Below are positions 1-14,700 of a stretch of DNA of 64,000 nucleotides, in pieces (the first letter of the stretch is position 1; each line of letters opens with the position of its first letter). The DNA comes from Eledone cirrhosa (taxonomy: Eukaryota). The position numbers and the translations under genes were made by a program. Under the pieces are notes generated by a model that was not told the DNA's origin, did no database searches, and was given only the letters and a program-made list of their open reading frames with translations. Location of the stretch: the NCBI GenBank assembly GCA_964016885.1, contig OZ024747.1:28706001-28770000 (forward strand), read 5' to 3'.

Positions 1-2649
1 GTAGATGTAAAACTGACAACATGGTACTACAGTGGCAGACAGAACAGTATTGCAGATGTAAAACTGACAATATGGTACTACAGTGGCAGATAGAACAGTA
101 TTGTAGATGTAAAACTGACAACATGGTACTAAGGCGGCAGACAGAACAAATATTGTAGATGTAAAACTAACAACATGATACTACAGTGGCAGACAGTACA
201 GTATTGTAGATGTAAAACTGACAATATGATACTACAGTGGCAGACAGAACAGTATTGTAGATGTAAAACTGACAACATGATACTACAGTGGTAGACAGAA
301 CAGTATTGTAGATGTAAAACTGACAGCATGGTACTAAGGTGGCAGACAGAACAATATTGTAGATGTAAAACTGACAACATGATACTACAGAGGTAGACAG
401 AACAGTATTGTAGATGTAAAACTGACAACATGGTACTACAGTGGCAGATAGAACAATATTGTAGATGTAAAACTGACAACATGGTACTACAGTGGCAGAC
501 AGAACAGTATTGTAGATGTAAAACTGACAACATGATACTACAGTGGTAGACAGACCACTACTGTAGATGTAAAACTGACAACATGGTACTACAGTGGTAG
601 ACAGATAGACAGACCAGTATTGTAGATGTAAAACAGACAACATGGTACTACAGTGGTAGACAGAACAATATTGTAGATGTAAAACTGACAACATAATACT
701 ACAGTGGTAGACAGAACAGTATTGTAGATGTAAAACTGACAAGATGATACTACAGTGGTAGACAGACCACTACTGTAAATGTAAAACTGACAACATGGTA
801 CTACAGTGGTAGACAGAACAGTATTGTAGATGTAAAACTGACAACATGGTACTACAGTGGTAGACAGAACAGTATTGTAGATGTAAAACTGACAACATGG
901 TACTACAGTGGCAGACAGAACAGTACTGTTGATGTAAAACTGACAACATGGTACTAAGGTGGCAGAGAGAACAAATATTGTAGATGGAAAAATGACAATA
1001 TGGTACTACAGTGGTAGACAGAACAGTATTATAGATGTAAAACTGACAACATGATACTACAGTGGTAGACAGAACAGTATAGTAGATGTAAAACTGACAA
1101 CATGGTACTACAGTGGCAGACAGAACAGTATTGTAGATGTAAAACTGACAACATGGTACTACAGTGGCAGACAGAACAGTATTGTAGATGTAAAACTGAC
1201 AATATGGTACTACAGTGGCAGACAGAACAGTATTGTAGATGTAAAACTGACAACATGGTACTACAGTGGTAGACAGAACAGTATTGTAGATGTAAAACTG
1301 ACAACATGGTACTACAGTGGTAGACAGAACAGTATTGTAGATGTAAAACTGACAACATGGTACTACAGTGGCAGACAGAACAGTATTGTAGATGTAAAAC
1401 TGACAACATGATACTACAGTGGTAGACAGACCACTACTGTAGATGTAAAACTGACAACATGGTTCTACAGTGGTAGACAGGTAGATAGACCAGTATTGTA
1501 GATGTAAAACAGACAACATGGTACTACAGTGGTAGACAGAACAATATCGTAGATGTAAAACTGACAACATGGTACTACAGTGGTAGACAGAACAGTATTG
1601 TAGATGTAAAACTGACAACATGGTACTACAGTGGCAGACAGAACAGTATTGCAGATGTAAAACTGACAACATGGTACTACAGTGGCAGATAGAACAGTAT
1701 TGTAGATGTAAAACTGACAACATGGTACTAAGGTGGCAGACAGAATAAATATTGTAGATGTAAAACTGACAATATGGTACTACAGTGGTAGACAGAACAG
1801 TATTGTAGATGTAAAACTAACAACATGGTACTACAGTGGCAGATAGAACAATATTGTAGATGTAAAATTGACAACATGGTACTACAGTGGCAGACAGAAC
1901 AGTATTGTAGATGTAAAACTGACAACATGGTACTACAGTGATAGACAGAACAGTATTGTAGATGTAAAACTGACAACATGGTACTACAGTGGCAGACAGA
2001 ACAATATTGTAGATGTAAAACTAACAGCATGGTACTAAGTTGGCAGATAGAACAGTATTGTAGATGTAAAACTAACATCATGGTACTAAGGTGGCAGACA
2101 GCATAATATTGTACATGTAAAACTGACAACATGATACTACAGTGGTAGACAGAACAGTATTGTAAATGTAAAACTGACAACATGGTACTACAGTGGCAGA
2201 CAGAACAATATTGTAGATGTAAAACTGACAACATGGTACTACAGTAGAACAGTATTGTAGATGTAAAACTGACAACATGGTACTACAGTGGCAGATAGAA
2301 CGGTATTGTAGATGTAAAACTAACAACATGGTACTACAGTGGTAGATAGAATAGTATTGTAGATGTAAAATTGACAACATGGTACTACAGTGGCAGACAG
2401 AACAGTATTGAAGATGTAAAACTGACAACATGATAATACAGTGGCAAACAGAACGGTATTGTAGATGTAAAACTGACAATATGGTACTACAGTGGTAGAC
2501 AGAACAGTATTATAGATGTAAAACTGACAACATGGTACTACAGTGGTAGACAGACCACTACTGTAGATGTAGAACTGACAACATGGTACTACAGTGGCAG
2601 AGAGAAAAATATTGTAGATGTAAAACTGACAACATGGTACTACAGTGGT

Positions 2650-4960
2650 AGATAGAACAGTATTATAGATGTACAACTGACAACATGGTACTACAGTGGC
2701 AGACAGAACCGTATTGTAGATGTAAAACTGACAACATGGTACTACAGTGGCAGACAGAACAGTATTGTAGATGTAAAACTGACAACATAGTATTACAGTG
2801 GCAGACAGAACAGTATTGTAGATGTAAAACTGACAACATAATACTACAGTGGTAGAAAGAACAGTATTTTAGATGTAAAACTGACAACATGGTACTACAG
2901 TGGCAGACAGAACAGTATTGTAGATGTAAAACTGACAACATAGAACTACAGTGGCAGACAGAACAGTATTTTAGATGTAAAACTGACAACATTATACTAC
3001 AGTGGCAAACAGAACAGTATTGTAGATGTAAAACTGACAACATGGTACTACAGTGGTAGACAGAACAGTATTATAGATGTACAACTGACAACATGGTACT
3101 ACAGTGGCAGACAGAACAGTATTGTAGATGTAAAACTGACAACATAGTACTACAGTGGCAGACAGAACAGTATTTTAGATGTAAAACTGACAACATGGTA
3201 CTACAGTGGCAGACAGTTCAATATTGCAGATGTAAAACTGACAACATGGTACTACAGTGGCAGACAGAACAGTATTGTAGATGTAAAACTGACAATATGA
3301 TACTACAGTGGCAGACAGAACAGTATTGTAGATCTAAAACTGACAACATGATACTACAGTGGTAGACAGAACAGTATTGTAGATGTAAAATTGACAACAT
3401 GGTACTACAGTGGCAGACAGAACAGTATTGTAGATGTGAAATTAACAACATGGTACTACAGTGGTAGACAGAACAGTATTTTAGATGTAAAACTGACAAC
3501 ATGGTACTACAGAGGCAGACAGAACAGTATTGTAGATGTAAAACTGACAAGATGATACTACAGTGGTAGACAGACCACTACTGTAAATGTAAAACTGACA
3601 ACATGGTACTACAGTGGTAGACAGAACAGTATTGTAGATGTAAAACTGACAACATGGTACTACAGTGGCAGACAGAACAGTACTGTTGATGTAAAACTGA
3701 CAACATGGTACTAAGGTGGTAGACAGAACAAATATTGTAGATGTAAAACTGACAATATGGTACTACAGTGGTAGACAGAATAGTATTATAGATGTAAAAC
3801 TGACAACATGATACTACAGTGGTAGACAGAACAGTATAGTAGATGTAAAACTGACAACATGGTACTACAGTGGTAGACAGTACAGTATTATAGATGTACA
3901 ACTGACAACATGGTACTACAGTGGCAGACAGAACAGTATTGTAGATGTAAAACTGACAACATGGTACTACAGTGGCAGACAGAACAGTATTGTAGATGTA
4001 AAACTGACAACATAGTATTACAGTGGCAGACAGAACAGTATTGTAGATGTAAAACTGACAACATAATACTACAGTGGTAGAAAGAACAGTATTTTAGATG
4101 TAAAACTGACAACATGGTACTACAGTGGCAGACAGAACAGTATTGTAGATGTAAAACTGACAAAATAGAACTACAGTGGCAGACAGAACAGTATTTTAGA
4201 TGTAAAACTGACAACATTATACTACAGTGGCAAACAGAACAGTATTGTAGATGTAAAACTGACAACATGGTACTACAGTGGTAGACAGAACAGTATTATA
4301 GATGTACAACTGACAACATGGTACTACAGTGGCAGACAGAACAGTATTGTAGATGTAAAACTGACAACATAGTACTACAGTGGCAGACAGAACAGTATTT
4401 TAGACGTAAAACTGACAACATGGTACTACAGTAGCAGACAGTTCAATATTGCAGATGTAAAACTGACAACATGGTACTACAGTGGCAAACAGAACAGTAT
4501 TGTAGATGTAAAACTGACAATATGATACTACAGTGGCAGACAGAACAGTATTGTAGATCTAAAACTGACAACATGGTACTACAGTGGCAGACAGAACAGT
4601 ATTGTAGATGTGAAATTAACAACATGGTACTACAGTGGTAGACACAACAGTATTTTAGATGTAAAACTGACAACATGGTACTACAGAGGCAGACAGAACA
4701 GTATTGTAGATGTAAAACTGACAAGATGATACTACAGTGGTAGACAGACCACTACTGTAAATGTAAAACTGACAACATGGTACTACAGCGGTAGACAGAA
4801 CAGTATTGTAGATGTAAAACTGACAACATGGTACTACAGTGGCAGACAGAACAGTACTGTTGATGTAAAACTGACAACATGGTACTAAGGTGGCAGACAG
4901 AACAAATATTGTAGATGTAAAACTGACAATATGGTACTACAGTGGTAGACAGAACAGTAT
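2650..4960. repeat. 1,225-bp (24-monomer) tandem higher-order unit, two diverged copies
   Basis: ORF pairs 2663/3888 and 3218/4443 are offset 1225 = 24x51+1. Variants occur in the same order (catagtatta, gtagaaaga, tagaactac, cattatac, gttcaatattgc, gatctaa). Confidence 0.78.
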
Positions 4961-5790
4961 TATAGATGTAAAACTGACAACATGATACTACAGTGGTAGA
5001 CAGAACAGTATAGTAGATGTAAAACTGACAACATGGTACTACAGTGGCAGACAGAACAGTATTGTAGATGTAAAACTGACAACATGGTACTACAGTGGCA
5101 GACAGACCAGTATTGTAGATGTAAAACTGACAATATGGTACTACAGTGGCAGACAGAACAGTATTGTAGATGTAAAACTGACAACATGGTACTACAGTGG
5201 CAGACAGAACAGTATTGTAGATGTGAAATTAACAACATGGTACTATAGTGGTAGACACAACAGTATTTTAGATGTAAAACTGACAACATGGTACTACAGA
5301 GGCAGACAGAACAGTATTGTAGATGTAAAACTGACAAGATGATACTACAGTGGTAGACAGACCACTACTGTAAATGTAAAACTGACAACATGGTACTACA
5401 GCGGTAGACAGAACAGTATTGTAGATGTAAAACTGACAACATGGTACTACAGTGGCAGACAGAACAGTACTGTTGATGTAAAACTGACAACATGGTACTA
5501 AGGTGGCAGACAGAACAAATATTGTAGATGTAAAACTGACAATATGGTACTACAGTGGTAGACAGAACAGTATTATAGATGTAAAACTGACAACATGATA
5601 CTACAGTGGTAGACAGAACAGTATAGTAGATGTAAAACTGACAACATGGTACTACAGTGGCAGACAGAACAGTATTGTAGATGTAAAACTGACAACATGG
5701 TACTACAGTGGCAGACAGACCAGTATTGTAGATGTAAAACTGACAATATGGTACTACAGTGGCAGACAGAACAGTATTGTAGATGTAAAA
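4600..5790. repeat. 613-bp (12-monomer) tandem higher-order unit; recurs at about 7.2-8.4 kb and 17.7-18.9 kb
   Basis: ORF pairs 4960/5573, 7564/8177 and 18081/18694 are offset 613 = 12x51+1. Markers gacacaacag, cagcggtag and tactgttgatg repeat at this spacing. Confidence 0.8.
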
Positions 5791-8700
5791 CTGACAACAT
5801 GGTACTACAGTGGTAGACTGAACAGTATTGTAGATGTAAAACTGACAACATGGTACTACAGTGGTAGACAGAACAGTATTGTAGATGTAAAACTGACAAC
5901 ATGGTACTACAGTGGTAGACAGAACAGTATTGTAGATGTAAAACTGACAACATGGTACTACAGTGGTAGACAGAACAGTATTGTAGATGTAAAACTGACA
6001 ACATGGTACTACAGTGGCAGACAGAACAGTATTGTAGATGTAAAACAGACAACATGGTACTACAGTGGTAGACAGAACAATATTGTAGATGTAAAACTGA
6101 CAACATGGTACTACGGTGGTAGACAGAATAGTATTGTAGATGTAAAACTGACAACATGATACTACAGTGGTAGACAGAACAGTATTGTAGATGTAAAACT
6201 GACAACATGGTACTACAGTGGCAGACAGAACAGTATTGTAGACGTAAAACTGACAAGATGATACTACAGAGGTAGACAGACGACTACTGTAGATGTAAAA
6301 CTGACAACATGGTACTACAGTGGTAGGCAGAACAGTATTGTAGATGTAAAACTGACAACATGGTACTACAGTGGCAGACAGAACAGTATTGCAGATGTAA
6401 AACTGACAACATGGTACTACAGTGGCAGATAGAACAGTATTGTAGATGTAAAACTGACAACATGGTACTAAGGTGGCAGACAGAATAAATATTGTAGATG
6501 TAAAACTGACAATATGGTACTACAGTGGTAGACAGAACAGTATTGCAGATGTAAAACTAACAACATGGTACTACAGTGGCAGATAGAACAATATTGTAGA
6601 TGTAAAATTGACAACATGGTACTACAGTGGCAGACAGAACAGTATTGTAGATGTAAAACTGACAACATGGTACTACAGTGATAGACAGAACAGTATTGTA
6701 GATGTAAAACTGACAACATGGTACTACAGTGGCAGACAGAATAATATTGTAGATGTAAAACTAACAGCATGGTACTAAGGTGGCAGATAGAACAGTATTG
6801 TAGATGTAAAACTGACAACATGATACTACAGTGGCAGACAGAACAGTATTGTAGATGTAAAACTGACAACATAATACTACAGTGGTAGAAAGAACAGTAT
6901 TTTAGATGTAAAACTGACAACATGGTACTACAGTGGCAGACAGAACAGTATTGTAGATGTAAAACTGACAAAATAGAACTACAGTGGCAGACAGAACAGT
7001 ATTTTAGATGTAAAACTGACAACATTATACTACAGTGGCAAACAGAACAGTATTGTAGATGTAAAACTGACAACATGGTACTACAGTGGTAGACAGAACA
7101 GTATTATAGATGTACAACTGACAACATGGTACTACAGTGGCAGACAGAACAGTATTGTAGATCTAAAACTGACAACATGGTACTACAGTGGCAGACAGAA
7201 CAGTATTGTAGATGTGAAATTAACAACATGGTACTACAGTGGTAGACACAACAGTATTTTAGATGTAAAACTGACAACATGGTACTACAGAGGCAGACAG
7301 AACAGTATTGTAGATGTAAAACTGACAAGATGATACTACAGTGGTAGACAGACCACTACTGTAAATGTAAAACTGACAACATGGTACTACAGCGGTAGAC
7401 AGAACAGTATTGTAGATGTAAAACTGACAACATGGTACTACAGTGGCAGACAGAACAGTACTGTTGATGTAAAACTGACTACATGGTACTAAGGTTGCAG
7501 ACAGAACAAATATTGTAGATGTAAAACTGACAATATGGTACTACAGTGGTAGACAGAACAGTATTATAGATGTAAAACTGACAACATGATACTACAGTGG
7601 TAGATAGAACAGTATAGTAGATGTAAAACTGACAACATGGTACTACAGTGGCAGACAGAACAGTATTGTAGATGTAAAACTGACAACATGGTACTACAGT
7701 GGCAGACAGACCAGTATTGTAGATGTAAAACTGACAATATGGTACTACAGTGGCAGACAGAACAGTATTGTAGATGTAAAACTGACAACATGGTACTACA
7801 GTGGCAGACAGAACAGTATTGTAGATGTGAAATTAACAACATGGTACTACAGTGGTAGACACAACAGTATTTTAGATGTAAAACTGACAACATGGTACTA
7901 CAGAGGCAGACAGAACAGTATTGTAGATGTAAAACTGACAAGATGATATTACAGTGGTAGACAGACCACTACTGTAAATGTAAAACTGACAACATGGTAC
8001 TACAGCGGTAGACAGAACAGTATTGTAGATGTAAAACTGACAACATGGTACTACAGTGGCAGACAGAACAGTACTGTTGATGTAAAACTGACAACATGGT
8101 ACTAAGGTGGCAGACAGAACAAATATTGTAGATGTAAAACTGACAATATGGTACTACAGTGGTAGACAGAACAGTATTATAGATGTAAAACTGACAACAT
8201 GATACTACAGTGGTAGACAGAACAGTATAGTAGATGTAAAACTGACAACATGGTACTACAGTGGCAGACAGAACAGTATTGTAGATGTAAAACTGACAAC
8301 ATGGTACTACAGTGGCAGACAGACCAGTATTGTAGATGTAAAACTGACAATATGGTACTACAGTGGCAGACAGAACAGTATTGTAGATGTAAAACTGACA
8401 ACATGGTACTACAGTGGTAGACTGAACAGTATTGTAGATGTAAAACTGACAACATGGTACTACAGTGGTAGACAGAACAGTATTGTAGATGTAAAACTGA
8501 CAACATGGTACTACAGTGGCAGACAGAACAGTATTGTAGATGTAAAACTGACAACATAGTACTACAGTGGTAGACAGACCACGACTGTAGGTGTAAAACT
8601 GACAACATGGTACTACAGTGGTAGACAGAACAGTATTGTAGATGTAAAACTGACAACATGGTACTACAGTGGTAGACAGAACAGTATTGTAGATGTAAAA

Positions 8701-11700
8701 CTGACAACATGGTACTACAGTGGTAGACAGAACAGTATTGTAGATGTAAAACTGACAACATGGTACTACAGTGGCAGACAGAACAGTATTGTAGATGTAA
8801 AACAGACAACATGGTACTACAGTGGTAGACAGAACAATATTGTAGATGTAAAACTGACAACATGGTACTACGGTGGTAGACAGAATAGTATTGTAGATGT
8901 AAAACTGACAACATGATACTACAGTGGTAGACAGAACAGTATTGTAGATGTAAAACTGACAACATGGTACTACAGTGGCAGACAGAACAGTATTGTAGAC
9001 GTAAAACTGACAAGATGATACTACAGAGGTAGACAGACGACTACTGTAGATGTAAAACTGACAACATGGTACTACAGTGGTAGGCAGAACAGTATTGTAG
9101 ATGTAAAACTGACAACATGGTACTACAGTGGCAGACAGAACAGTATTGCAGATGTAAAACTGACAACATGGTACTACAGTGGCAGATAGAACAGTATTGT
9201 AGATGTAAAACTGACAACATGGTACTAAGGTGGCAGACAGAATAAATATTGTAGATGTAAAACTGACAATATGGTACTACAGTGGTAGACAGAACAGTAT
9301 TGCAGATGTAAAACTAACAACATGGTACTACAGTGGCAGATAGAACAATATTGATGATGTAAAATTGACAACATGGTACTACAGTGGCAGACAGAACAGT
9401 ATTGTAGATGTAAAACTGACAACATGGTACTACAGTGATAGACAGAACAGTATTGTAGATGTAAAACTGACAACATGGTACTACAGTGGCAGACAGAATA
9501 ATATTGTAGATGTAAAACTAACATCATGGTACTAAGGTGGCAGATAGAACAGTATTGTAGATGTAAAACTGACAACATGATACTACAGTGGCAGACAGAA
9601 CAGTATTGTAGATGTAAAACTGACAACATGATACTACAGTGGTAGACAGAACAGTATTGTAGATGTAAAACTGACATCATGGTACTAAGGTGGCAGACAG
9701 AACAATATTGTAGATGTAAAACTGACAATATGATACTACAGAGGTAGACAGAACAGTATTGTAGATGTAAAACTGACAACATGGTACTACAGTGGCAGAT
9801 AGAACAATATTGTAGATGTAAAACTGACAACATGATACTACAGGGGTAGACAGAACAGTATTGTAGATGTAAAACTGACAACATGGTACTACAGTGGCAG
9901 ACAGAACTGTATTGTAGATGTAAAACTGACAACATGGTACTACAGTGGCAGACAGAACAGTACTGTTGATGTAAAACTGACAACATGGTACTAAGGTGGC
10001 AGACAGAACAAATATTGTAGATGGAAAAATTACAATATGGTACTACAGTGGTAGACAGAACAGTATTATAGATGTAAAACTGACAACATGATACTACAGT
10101 GGTAGACAGAACAGTATAGTAGATGTAAAACTGACAACATGGTACTACAGTGGCAGACAGAACAGTATTGTAGATGTAAAACTGACAACATGGTACTACA
10201 GTGGCAGACAGAACAGTATTGTAGATGTAAAACTGACAATATGGTACTACAGTGGCAGACAGAACAGTATTGTAGATGTAAAACTGACAACATGGTACTA
10301 CAGTGGTAGACAGAACAGTATTGTAGATGTAAAACTGACAACATGGTACTACAGTGGTAGACAGAACAGTATTGTAGATGTAAAACTGACAACATGGTAC
10401 TACAGTGGCAGACAGAACAGTATTGTAGATGTAAAACTGACAACATGATACTACAGTGGTAGACAGACCACTACTGTAGATGTAAAACTGACAACATGGT
10501 ACTACAGTGGTAGACAGGTAGACAGACCAGTATTGTAGATGTAAAACAGACAACATGGTACTACAGTGGTAGACAGAACAATATCGTAGATGTAAAATTG
10601 ACAACATGGTACTACAGTGGTAGACAGAATAGTATTGTAGATGTAAAACTCACAACATGATACTACAGTGGTAGACAGAACAGTATTGTAGATGTAAAAC
10701 TGACAACATGGTACTACAGTGGCAGACAGAACAGTATTGTAGATGTAAACCTGACAACATGATACTACAGAGGTAGACAGACCACTACTGTAGATGTAAA
10801 ACTGACAACATGGTACTACAGTGGTAGACAGAACAGTATTGTAGATGTAAAACTGACAACATGGTACTACAATGGCAGACAGAACAGTATTGCAGATGTA
10901 AAACTGACAACATGGTACTACAGTGGCAGATAGAACAGTATTGTAGATGTAAAACTGACAACATGGTACTAAGGTGGCAGACAGAATAAATATTGTAGAT
11001 GTAAAACTGACAATATGGTACTACAGTGGTAGACAGAACAGTATTGTAGATGTAAAACTAACAACATGGTACTACAGTGGCAGATAGAACAATATTGTAG
11101 ATGTAAAATTGACAACATGGTACTACAGTGGTAGACAGAACAGTATTGTAGATGTAAAACTGACAACATGGTACTACAGTGGCAGACAGAACAATATTGT
11201 AGATGTAAAACTAACAGCATGGTACTAAGGTGGCAGATAGAACAGTATTGTAGATGTAAAACTAACATCATGGTACTAAGGTGGCAGACAGCATAATATT
11301 GTACATGTAAAACTGACAACATGATACTACAGTGGTAGACAGAACAGTATTGTAAATGTAAAACTGACAACATGGTACTACAGTGGCAGACAGAACAATA
11401 TTGTAGATGTAAAACTGACAACATGGTACTACAGTAGAACAGTATTGTAGATGTAAAACTGACACCATAGTACTACAGTGGCAGATAGAACGGTATTGTA
11501 GATGTAAAACTAACAACATGGTACTACAGTGGTAGATAGAACAGTATTGTAGATGTAAAATTGACAACATGGTACTACAGTGGCAGACAGAACAGTATTG
11601 AAGATGTAAAACTGACAACATGATACTACAGTGGCAAACAGAACAGTATTGTAGATGTAAAACTGACAATATGGTACTACAGTGGTAGACAGAACAGTAT

Positions 11701-14700
11701 TATAGATGTAAAACTGACAACATGGTACTACAGTGGTAGACAGACCACTACTGTAGATGTAGAACTGACAACACGGTACTACAGTGGCAGACAGAAAAAT
11801 ATTGTAGATGTAAAACTGACAACATGGTACTACAGTGGTAGACAGAACAGTATTATAGATGTACAACTGACAACATGGTACTACAGTGGCAGACAGAACA
11901 GTATTGTAGATGTAAAACTGACAACATGGTACTACAGTGGCAGACAGAACAGTATTGTAGATGTAAAACTGACAACATAGTATTACAGTGGCAGACAGAA
12001 CAGTATTGTAGATGTAAAACTGACAACATAATACTACAGTGGTAGAAAGAACAGTAATTTAGATGTAAAACTGACAACATGGTACTACAGTGGCAGACAG
12101 AACAGTATTGTAGATGTAAAACTGACAATATGATACTACAGTCGCAGACAGAACAGTATTGTAGATCTAAAACTGACAACATGATACTACAGTGGTAGAC
12201 AGAACAGTATTGTAGATGTAAAATTGACAACATGGTACTACAGTGGCAGACAGAACAGTATTGTAGATGTGAAATTAACAACATGGTACTACAGTGGTAG
12301 ACAGAACAGTATTTTAGATGTAAAACTGACAACATGGTACTACGGAGGCAGACAGAACAGTATTGTAGATGTAAAACTGACAAGATGATACTACAGTGGT
12401 AGACAGACCACTACTGTAAATGTAAAACTGACAACATGGTACTACAGTGGTAGACAGAACAGTATTGTAGATGTAAAACTGACAACATGGTACTACAGTG
12501 GCAGACAGAACAGTACTGTTGATGTAAAACTGACAACATGGTACTAAGGTGGCAGACAGAACAAATATTGTAGATGTAAAACTGACAATATGGTACTACA
12601 GTGGTAGACAGAATAGTATTATAGATGTAAAACTGACAACATGATACTACAGTGGTAGACAGAACAGTATAGTAGATGTAAAACTGACAACATGGTACTA
12701 CAGTGGTAGACAGAACAGTATTATAGATGTACAACTGACAACATGGTACTACAGTGGCAGACAGAACAGTATTGTAGATGTAAAACTGACAACATAGTAT
12801 TACAGTGGCAGACAGAACAGTATTGTAGATGTAAAACTGACAACATAATACTACAGTGGTAGAAAGAACAGTATTTTAGATGTAAAACTGACAACATGGT
12901 ACTACAGTGGCAGACAGAACAGTATTATAGATGTAAAACTGACAACATAGAACTACAGTGGCAGACAGAACAGTATTTTAGATGTAAAACTGACAACATT
13001 ATACTACAGTGGCAAACAGAACAGTATTGTAGATGTAAAACTGACAACATGGTACTACAGTGGTAGACAGAACAGTATTATAGATGTACAACTGACAACA
13101 TGGTACTACAGTGGCAGACAGAACAGTATTGTAGATGTAAAACTGACAACATAGTACTACAGTGGCAGACAGAACAGTATTTTAGATGTAAAACTGACAA
13201 CATGGTACTACAGTGGCAGACAGTTCAATATTGCAGATGTAAAACTGACAACATGGTACTACAGTGGCAGACAGAACAGTATTGTAGATGTAAAACTGAC
13301 AATATGATACTACAGTGGCAGACAGAACAGTATTGTAGATCCAAAACTGACAACATGATACTACAGTGGTAGACAGAACAGTATTGTAGATGTAAAATTG
13401 ACAACATGGTACTACATTGGCAGACAGAACAGTATTGTAGATGTAAAACTGACAACATGGTACTACAGTGGCAGACAGAACAGTATTGTAGATGTGAAAT
13501 TAACAACATGGTACTACAGTGGTAGACAGAACAGTATTTTAGATGTAAAACTGACAACATGGTACTACAGAGGCAGACAGAACAGTATTGTAGATGTAAA
13601 ACTGACAAGATGATACTACAGTGGTAGACAGACCACTACTGTAAATGTAAAACTGACAACATGGTACTACAGTGGTAGACAGAACAGTATTGTAGATGTA
13701 AAACTGACAACATGGTACTACAGTGGCAGACAGAACAGTACTGTTGATGTAAAACTGACAACATGGTACTAAGGTGGCAGACAGAACAAATATTGTAGAT
13801 GTAAAACTGACAATATGGTACTACAGTGGTAGACAGAACAGTATTATAGATGTAAAACTGACAACATGATACTACAGTGGTAGACAGAACAGTATAGTAG
13901 ATGTAAAACTGACAACATGGTACTACAGTGGCAGACAGAACAGTATTGTAGATGTAAAACTGACAACATGGTACTACAGTGGCAGACAGAACAGTATTGT
14001 AGATGTAAAACTGACAACATTATACTACAGTGGCAAACAGAACAGTATTGTAGATGTAAAACTGACAACATGGTACTACAGTGGTAGACAGAACAGTATT
14101 ATAGATGTACAACTGACAACATGGTACTACAGTGGCCGACAGAACAGTATTGTAGATGTAAAACTGACAACATAGTACTACAGTGGCAGACAGAACAGTA
14201 TTTTAGATGTAAAACTGACAACATGGTACTACAGTGGCAGACAGTTCAATATTGCAGATGTAAAACTGACAACATGGTACTACAGTGGCAGACAGAACAG
14301 TATTGTAGATGTAAAACTGACAATATGATACTACAGTGGCAGACAGAACAGTATTGTAGATCTAAAACTGACAACATGGTACTACAGTGGCAGACAGAAC
14401 AGTATTGTAGATGTGAAATTAACAACATGGTACTACAGTGGTAGACACAACAGTATTTTAGATGTAAAACTGACAACATGGTACTACAGAGGCAGACAGA
14501 AGAGTATTGTAGATGTAAAACTGACAAGATGATACTACAGTGGTAGACAGACCACTACTGTAAATGTAAAACTGACAACATGGTACTACAGTGGTAGACA
14601 GAACAGTATTGTAGATGTAAAACTGACAACATGGTACTACAGTGGCAGACAGAACAGTACTGTTGATGTAAAACTGACAACATGGTACTAAGGTGGCAGA

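Noticed and set aside
1-153. Nucleosome-phasing design (51 bp is about 5 helical turns; a trimer is 153 bp)
   Set aside because: This is only a numerical coincidence. There is a single A4 tract per monomer and I saw no trimer periodicity in the variants. It needs MNase data.
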